Shown here piece by piece: positions 49,850 through 64,000 of a DNA stretch of 64,000 bases (position 1 is the stretch's first letter; each line of letters opens with the position of its first letter). Both the position numbers and the translations under genes were made by a program. Under the pieces are notes generated by a model that made no database searches, was not told the DNA's origin, and was given only the letters and a program-made list of their open reading frames with translations. Origin of the DNA: the human T2T-CHM13v2.0 reference genome, Homo sapiens; NCBI RefSeq assembly GCF_009914755.1, contig NC_060943.1; one strand, 5' to 3'.

Positions 49850-50420
49850 CTCAGTGCCTAGGGGGCGGGACCTGGAGTACTATCCAATCAGAGCCGCTGG
49901 GCGGGGCCGTGAGAACTGTCAATCAGGCGTCCAGGAGGCTGGAGGATGCGAGGTTGAAAAAGCCCGCGGCGTCTTCTCTGTCACCCGCGCTCGGCTCCCT
50001 GCTCGGTCGGGCTGGAACCTGTACTGGCAGCCGGAGGTGTAGGTAGGAACCGGAATACCTCGGAAGCCGGGAAATGGTGAGTGTCCGAGGCCGGGGTTCC
50101 CGAGACAGGGTACAGCTGGTTGTAACCGACCGGAACCGGCTGTGGCGGGACCCAGACCTCCTCGCTGTTGTCTCTGGGGTCTGAGGACCCGAGTGCCCTG
50201 GCCCAGCTCGGTCCTCGGTCCTCTCGGCCTCAGGGTGGGGCTGGGCCTGCAGCCAGGACTCCGGGCGTCCTGTCCGGTCCCCGCGCGGCAACTGCGGCCC
50301 AGGTTCCGGAGTCCTCTCTGGGCAGCTCCGCGTCCGCAGCCCCGCGTCTCCCTAGATTGTGCGGGGACACGGGAGGGTCATGGGGGGAATCCTCCTCGGG
50401 TGTGGGGTTCATGTGGAAGG
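49850..50420 (+). promoter_or_regulatory. CpG-island promoter and first exon of the second KRAB-ZNF gene
   Basis: CpG-rich. GC box 49861-49869, CCAAT 49884-49888, GC box 49899-49907, TCAATCA 49919-49925. Clearly homologous to 6890-7480. Confidence 0.87.
50074..50076 (+). CDS. Second KRAB-ZNF gene, coding exon 1 (ATG only)
   Basis: GGAAGCCGGGAAATG|GTGAGT, consensus donor; homologous to 7142-7162. Confidence 0.82.
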
Positions 50421-50669
50421 AGCAGCGGTCTGTGGGGTCCCCAGTTCCTCCTTTGTCTCCAAGGGGCTCGAGTTTTTACTGAGATATCCAGATATATGCG
50501 AAGCAGGGTCTCAAATCCGCAACTGTGATCCCTGGCCTAGCTTCTCCTAGGGCTGCCAGCAAATCCCTGGATTTCCAGATCCCGCTCCGCGTTTTAGAGC
50601 TGGCCTCCTCTTCAGTTCACCACAACAATGTCAACTCTTCGTCCCCCAGGCTTTGTTTCAAACATAGCC

Positions 50670-50738
50670 ATATATATGTGTGTGTGTGTGTATATATATA
50701 TATGTGTATATATATATATATGTGTATATATGTATATA

Positions 50739-50803
<65 letters not shown>
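50670..50803. repeat. Compound (TG)/(TA)n microsatellite plus long poly-T Alu tail
   Basis: Direct. Confidence 0.95.
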
Positions 50804-50804
<1 letters not shown>

Positions 50805-52025
50805 TGACAGAGTCTCGCTGTGTCGCCCAGGCTGGAGTGCAGTGGCGCAATCTCGGCTCACTGAAACCTCCGCTTCCTGGGTTCAAGCGATTCTCCTGTC
50901 TCAGACTCCCGAGTAGCTGGGATTACAGGCGCCCGCCACCACGCGCGGCTAATTCATGTATTTTTAGTAGAGACGGGTTTTCACCGTGTTGGCCAGGCTG
51001 GTCTCAAACTCCTGACCTCAGGTGATCCACCCTCCTCAGCCACCCAAAGTGCTGGGATTACAGGCATGAGCCACTGCAACCGTCCTCACACGTTTTTCAT
51101 GTATATATGAATTATATATATATTAAATATATATATATAATTTTTTTTTTTTTGGTGGAGACGGAGCCTCACTCTGTTGCCCAGGCTGGAGTGCAGTGGC
51201 ACGATCTTGGCTCACTGCAACCTCTACCTCGCGGGTCTCCTGCCTCAGCCTCCCGAGTAGCCGGGACTGCAGGCGCGTGCCACCATGCCCGGCTAATTTT
51301 TGTATTTTAGTAGAAACGGGGTTTCACCATGTTGGCCAGGCTGGTCTTGAACTCCTGACCTCAGGTGATCCGCCCGTCTAGGCCTCCCAAAGTGCTGGGA
51401 TTATAGGTGTGAGCCATGGCGCCTGGCCACACGCAATATTTTAATAGGCTTTTTTTTTTTTAAGAGGGCAAAATATGGCTCTTTTTGTAAAGATTTGTTG
51501 TGTGTTTGTGAACATTTCACACTTGAGGAAGCGGAGAAAAAGCACCTGACACTTGCTGTAAACAATCTTTATGCCTCTCCTCCTTTTATCTGCCCGAGGC
51601 ACGGACACCTTCTGAGAATGTCTTTGGGTTGAGGTTTATCTTTGGAAACTTTACAGGGCGATGTGTCCTCAACTCACCCTCCATCTTATCCTGGTCCTGG
51701 GTTTCAGAACTGCCTGGGGCTGACTGAAGATGCCCACAGCTACCATGTTTCTTGGAGGGTGGGTCACTCCTCCCAGAGGACAACCTGAGGCGTGGAGTTG
51801 GGGCTTCCCAGGAGAGGAGCTAGGTGCCCTGGGGTGGGAGAAGTCCCCTGGTATTCCCCTCCTTAAAAAGCTAATCCTGGGCCAGGAACAGTCTCTCACA
51901 CCTGTAATCCCACCATTTTGGGAAGCCTGTAATCCCACCACTTTGGGAAGCCGAGGCGGGTGGACCCCTTGAGTCCAGGAGTTCGAGACCAGCCTAGGCA
52001 ACATGGCGAAACCCCGTCTCTACTA

Positions 52026-52187
<162 letters not shown>

Positions 52188-52865
52188 TCAAAAAAAAGCT
52201 CTAATCCCCTGGGACACTCAGCTTTTCTTCCCCAAATCCAGATTCCATTCCTTGGGGACACTTGGCTCATCAGCCAGTTGGATGGTGGTATTGAAGGGAC
52301 AGGACAGAAATGATTCCTGTTTTCTGGATGCTCTCAGCATAGTTAAGGGAGAAAACTATTCCTAAGGACAGGAAAACCCACCCCACTGAGATGGTGCAAG
52401 AACCTGAAAAGCAAAATGCACTTTAGGAACACAGGGGACGCACAATGTGTCGTCTCCTGGGAGGGTGGTCACTGAGCACTTCAGTGAGCAGGATGGGGAT
52501 GGGGGATGCCCCTGGTGACAGGAGGATACGATGTGACACTTGAGTTAGACTTGTCTGTGTTCTAGGTCCTTACTGTCTCTCTCTGGGCTTGTCACCTTGC
52601 AAAGATTGGTTCACCTATTTCAGCTGCAGATTAAATCTCTACTTTTGGAAGCTTTTCAACTATCTTTTGGTTATCAATTTCTAGTTTAATATGATTTGAT
52701 TGCATACTTTATAGCATTTCTGTTCAATTTGTTAAGGCATATTTTATGCTTCCAGTGTAGTTTACTGTGGTGAATATTTCATGTGAACTTGAGAGGAATG
52801 TGTATTCTGCTGGTGTTGAATGAAGGATTCTATAAATACATATTAATTAAATGCAGTTGATTAAT

Positions 52866-53175
52866 TGATACAGTTTGGCTGTGTCCCCACCCAAATCTCA
52901 TGTTGAATTGTAGTTCCCATAATCCTCACCTGTTGTGGAAGGGACCTGGTGGAGATAATTGAATCATGGGGGTGTTTTTCCCCATCCTGTTCTGGTGATA
53001 GTGAGTTAGTTCTCAAGAGATCTGATGGTTTTATAAGGGGCTTCCTTCTTCGCTGGGCACTCGTTCTTCTCCTTCCTGCCACCATGTGAAGAAGGACGTG
53101 TTTGCTTTCCCTTCCGCCATGATTGTAAGTTTCCTGAAGCATGTCTTTATTAGCTGAATGAGAACGGACTAATAC
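52866..53175 (+). mobile_element. THE1-type solo LTR with an internal deletion, in gene 2 intron 1
   Basis: TGATACAGTTTGGCTGTGTCCCCACCCAAATCTC...GACTAATACA. Confidence 0.85.
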
Positions 53176-53931
53176 ATTATTGATGCTGTTGAGTTTAGCT
53201 ATATCATTAGTGATTTTTTTGTTGTATTGACCTATTAATTATGGATAGAGGTGAACTGTTGGCTTCCAACTATAATTTTGGATTTGTATATTTTGTCTTA
53301 TAGTTTTATGTTTTTGTCTTGTATCTTGATGTTATATTTTATGGGCATACATATAAGTAATAAAGATTATTATACCTTATGTCTTTTTTTTTTGAGACAG
53401 GGTCCCCATCTGTCTCCCAGGCTGGAGTGCAGTGGCACAATCACAGCTCACTGCAGCTTTGACCTCCCAGTGCCCAGGCTCAAGTGATCCTTCAGCCTCA
53501 GCCTCCTGAGTAGCTGGTACTACAGGCATGTACCACGATGCCTAGCTAATTTTTGTTTTTTTTTGTTTTTTTTTTGTAGAGACAAGGCTTCGCCATGTTG
53601 CCCAGGCTGGCCTCGAGCTCCTGGACTCAAGCATTCTGCTCACCTTGGCCTCCCAAAGTGCTGGGATTACAGGTGTGAGTCATTGCGCCTGGTCCTATTA
53701 TGTCTTCTTGCAGGATTGACCTCTTCACTGTTACAAAATCTCTTTTACAAGGCAATGATGGTCCGGCGTGGTGGCTCACACCTGAAATCCCAGCACTTTG
53801 GGAGGCCAAGGCAGGTGGATCACCTGAGGTCAGGAGTTCGAGACCAGCCTGGCCAACACGGCGAAACCCTGTCTCTACTAAAAATACAGAAAATAGCCGG
53901 GTGTGGTGGCAGTCACCTGTAATCCCAGCTA

Positions 53932-54073
<142 letters not shown>

Positions 54074-54304
54074 TTATGAGGAAAATTCCTTGCCATTTTC
54101 CTTGATCTAAAATGTGGTTTGTCTGAGTTTTATAAAACTATTGCACATTTCTTTTGATTAGTGTTAGAATGGCTTATCTTTCTTCATACCTTTTTATTTA
54201 ATCTATTCACTTCTTTTTGTTTGAAATGATTTTCTTGTACACATTACTGAGGCTTGTTTAATCTACTATGTCAATCTGTGTCTCTTTTTTGTGTATATAA
54301 GTAA

Positions 54305-55045
<741 letters not shown>

Positions 55046-55164
55046 TAGTAACTTTTTCAAAGTATGTTTACAGAGATGTATTCCCTGTCCTCTCTAGTCA
55101 ATGAAGGCTCTGTTCCTTTAACTTGTGTTCATCTAGTGTTTTGAGAGAGGTTTCCTGAATGCTA

Positions 55165-55467
<303 letters not shown>

Positions 55468-56577
55468 TCAAAAAACAAACAAACAAACAAACAATCAAAC
55501 AAAAAGAGGCCCAAACCTGACTTCTTCCAGGCTTTGTGGATGGCTTTGTCGTGCAGCATTCCTTGAACACTCGGCCTGAGTTTTGTTTGTTTTTTTTTTT
55601 TTTTTGAGACGGAGTCTCGCTCTGTCACCCAAGCTGGAGTGCAGTGGCGTGGTCCTGGCTCACTGCCAGCTCTGCCTCCCGGGTTCACACCATTCTCCTG
55701 CATCAGCCTCCTGAGTAGCTGGGCCTACAGGTGCCCGCCACCACACCCGGCTAAGTTTTGTAGTTTTAGTAGAGACAGGGTTTCACCGTGTTAGCCAGGA
55801 TGGTCTGGATCTCCTGACCTCTTGATCTGCCCGCCTCAGCCTCCCAAAGTGCTGGGATTACAGGCGTGAGCCACCGCGCCCGGCCGACTGTTTAAAACTC
55901 TGCGTTAGCCTCCAATTTCTGCTGAACTGAGCCTAGAGATCAGCCAGTGCCGAAACTTAGGGCCTCCTCAGGTTTTTTCTAGAAATGTGTTATTTCCTGG
56001 GCAGACGTGAGGCTTTCTCAATTCCCCAGGATACCAAAGTGCTTTTGATTAGCCTAATTTCTGAAGCTAATTTTCTCTCCAGATTGTTTTCCTGGGTCTT
56101 AGATGGTCTATTCTGTCTCAGTCATAGACTGTTGTTCCAGATGGTTGCAGGCTTTTTGTTGACAATATTTTTATGTAGTCCCTGCCAATTTTTGACCCCA
56201 GTTAGGCTTTAGTGTAGTTGAAACAGAGAAGAGAGCCTTATTTCAGACTTTTCGTAGGCCCAGGAGAAATTGGAGTATATGAAGATAATATTTGCAAATA
56301 AATATAATATTTGCAAATAAGATGGTAGAATAGGTCACCGCACCTGGCCTGTTCTACATTTTCACTTACCTTTTTCTCTTTGTTCATCTTTCTGTCAACA
56401 GTGTGGTGTGTTGAATATTATAGTTTCAAAATCCTTCATGTGTGTTAGGTAAGCTGTCACTTTCTGGTTTAGAAGATTTTTAGCATTTTTAGACATTTGT
56501 TACCTCCATTAGTTTTGTTTAAGTAGCTTTTATTGACTACTAACAGGTCTGTTTTAATGATTTAAGGAATTTCATAA

Positions 56578-56899
<322 letters not shown>

Positions 56900-57214
56900 T
56901 GAGCCCCTGCGCCTGGCTGACAAGCGGTTCTTTAGAAGAACGTGTACAATCTTTATCCATCTTTCATTCTCCTTTGATGTTACCTAGTATTTAAAAATTT
57001 TCCTTTAGGATGATGAAATACATTTCATTAACCTTACGTTACACTTCATTAAATTTAGTTTACGGAAAACCGGTTGCCAGCTTCCAGGTGTTCTCTTATT
57101 GTAATCACATAGAATGGGCTAAATCCCCCAAGTAACAAGTGTTGACAGAACATATGAAATGTTACGTACCAAGGTCACTCAGACACTTAGTACCCAGAGT
57201 TTTTTTTTCATGGC

Positions 57215-57630
57215 CATCTTAGTCTGTTTTATGTTCATTAGAATAGAATGCCTGAAATTGGGTAATATACAAGAAATGATATTTGTTTTGTACAATTCTG
57301 GAGTTTGGGAAGTCTAAGGGCACGGTGGCACATCTGGTGAAAGCCTTGCTGGTGGGGACTCTTCACTATCTGAGGCAATGGAAGAAGGGTATTCCTAGGG
57401 GAGGGGGTGCTAGCTTAGGGGTCTCTTCCTCTTCTTCTGAGGCCACCAGTCTTACTCCCAGGATATCTCATTTACTCATTAACCCTTTCATCCATCAGTG
57501 AATGAACCCATTCATGAGGCAGAGCCCTCATGACATAGTCACCTCTTCAAGGCCCCACTTTTGAATACTGACACCTTGGGGATAAAGTTTCAGTATGAGT
57601 TTTGGAGGGGACAAACATTCAAACCTAGCA
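57215..57630 (-). mobile_element. Old MaLR (MSTC/MSTD/MLT1A-like) solo LTR
   Basis: TCTTAGTCTGTTT...GGGGACAAACATTCAAACC-TAGCA pattern. Confidence 0.7.
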
Positions 57631-57748
57631 GTGACTGATCAGGTATGCTTCTCTGCTGATTATATCACAAAATTTCAAACTCTCAGAAGGATGATGGAAA
57701 TTAAGCAAATACCATATTATTTACTTATTTATTTATTTTTCAATTTAA

Positions 57749-57952
<204 letters not shown>

Positions 57953-58478
57953 TGAACTCCTGAGCTCAAGCAATCCACTCGTCTCAGCCTCCTAAAGTGC
58001 TGGCATTACAGGTGTGAGCCACTATGCCCAGTGGCAAATATCATATTGTTTTAATAAATAGTTGAGGCACACAGCTCCTTTTCTTTGTTATGCTGGTGCA
58101 GCTCTCCTTAAATCTAGCTCTGAGATACCATCATAGTTCAACTTTCTAAATAAACGTGTGTAGGGATATGTTGTCTTAGAGCTGCTAATATTGTCTCTTG
58201 TAGACAACACATAGTAGGACTTTGTCACGAGAGTTAGTATAGACCCACTAGACAGAAAGACACTAGAGGTGATCTGGGCAGCATATCTCAACTCCCTGAA
58301 ATCATGAATGAGAGGCTTGTCCGTATTGGCTATTACTTTACTGAATGTGTTCAATTCTAGCATCAGAATTGCTGTGCTGGAGAAAATGAGTATAGACAGA
58401 GGATAAGAGTCTGATGACCAAATCATTGAATAAATGTTTGGAGTCTATAGCATTGTGTGAACTTCCTCTAGAGTGTAG

Positions 58479-59012
<534 letters not shown>

Positions 59013-59160
59013 TCAAGCCTTGGCCACAGAGCAAGACTCCATCTGAAAAAAAAAGGAATACCGTAAGGCCGGGCATGGTGGCTCACACCTATAATCCCAG
59101 CACTTTGGGAGGCCGAGGTGGGTAGATCATGAGGTCAGGAGATTGAGACCATCCTGGCTA

Positions 59161-60420
<1,260 letters not shown>

Positions 60421-60532
60421 ATATTTTGGTGAATAAGTCAGGCATGGTCACAGTGTCCCATGAACATAGAATCTAAAATGTTTCTATAATTTTGTAATCA
60501 TTTATCATGACTTTTATGGGTCTACATTTTAG

Positions 60533-60593
60533 GAATAAAATGGGAAGACCGGAACATTGAAGATCAGTACAAAAATTCCAGGAGAAATCCAAG
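60533..60593 (+). CDS. Second gene exon 3 (GIKWEDRNIEDQYKNSRRNP)
   Basis: TTTTAG| acceptor, 61 nt, |GTAATT donor, open frame. Confidence 0.9.
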
Positions 60594-61047
60594 GTAATTT
60601 GCACTTATAACATGAAGCTGTGTCCCTTGAGATAATGTTAGAGTGATAGGAAATTATATTTATTTACTTATGTATTCATGTATCTGAGACAAGGCTTAAT
60701 CTGTCACATAGGCTAGAGTGCAGTGGCATGATCATAGCTTACTGCAGCCTTGAACCCCTGGACTCAAGCCATCCTCCTTTCTTGGCTTCCCAGAATGCTA
60801 GGATTACAGGCATGAGCCACTGTGCCCAGTGGAAATTTAAAGAACAAGCAAACAAAGTGAAGCAGCCCAGCTTCAAATTTGTTAATTTTTAGAATGTTTT
60901 CTCCAAAAATATATACTTAAATACATACACATTCATTGTTTGCAAAATAGTTGCCTTGGAAACAGTATTAAGAAATCCCATAGTGGCCGGGTGCGGTGGC
61001 TCACGCCTTTAATCCCAGCACTTTGGGAGGCTGAGGAGGGCGGATCA

Positions 61048-63660
<2,613 letters not shown>

Positions 63661-63672
63661 TTCTCTGAAATA

Positions 63673-63940
63673 CTGTCATGTCCTGGTATTCTCAGGGGAT
63701 TAGTTGCAGGCACCCCGCTCCCCACTTCAGAACATCTAAATCTGAAGATGCTCAAGTGCTTTATATAAAATGGTGTATTTTCCTAGAACCTAAGCACATC
63801 CTCTTGTACACTTTAAATCATCTCTAGGTTATCCATACTGCCTAATGCATTGTAAACGATATAAAAATAGTTGTTTCATTGTGTTATTTAGGGAATGCTG
63901 ACAAGAAAAAACATCTGTAGATGTTTAATACAGATAACCA
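63673..63940 (+). mobile_element. MER2/Tigger3-type DNA transposon
   Basis: GATGCTCAAGT..TATAAAATGG..CACATCCTC..CTTTAAATCATCTCTAG matches MER2 as remembered. Confidence 0.8.
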
Positions 63941-64000
63941 TCACATGCCCACCTCCATAGTACAGGCCCACCTCATAGTATATGTCAGCTACAATGAAAC

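Noticed and set aside
56285-56321. Short tandem duplication ATAATATTTGCAAATAA x2
   Set aside because: Local slippage in an old repeat; not a true octamer motif and no other support.

Overview
Primate (almost certainly human) euchromatic DNA, extremely Alu-rich (about 90 Alu copies or fragments by eye), from a KRAB zinc-finger gene cluster. It holds two paralogous 4-exon KRAB-C2H2 genes on the + strand, each with a CpG-island promoter (GC/CCAAT/GC) and an ATG-only first coding exon. Gene 1 (ATG 7154; exons 24713-24839, 25013-25073, 26880-28074) splices to a 461-aa protein that I recognise as ZNF627 (chr19p13.2). Gene 2 (ATG 50074; exons 58533-58659, 60533-60593, 61829-62981) lies where I recall the pseudogene ZNF887P, yet its exons splice into an uninterrupted 447-aa KRAB protein with 10 intact fingers. 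Between the genes lie a decayed minus-strand vomeronasal type-2 receptor (V2R) 7TM exon and a deleted HERV-K(HML-6)-like provirus. The provirus carries two tandem matrix-like gag segments, sits inside an AluSp and itself hosts another AluSp. Also intergenic are an L1 whose middle is replaced by one Alu and a full-length THE1. ZNF627 intron 1 carries another full-length THE1 and an ~800-bp polypyrimidine tract. Almost all short ORFs in the supplied track are Alu, LTR or low-complexity artefacts. Coordinates were read by eye and repeat subfamily names come from remembered consensus features, not from a search.
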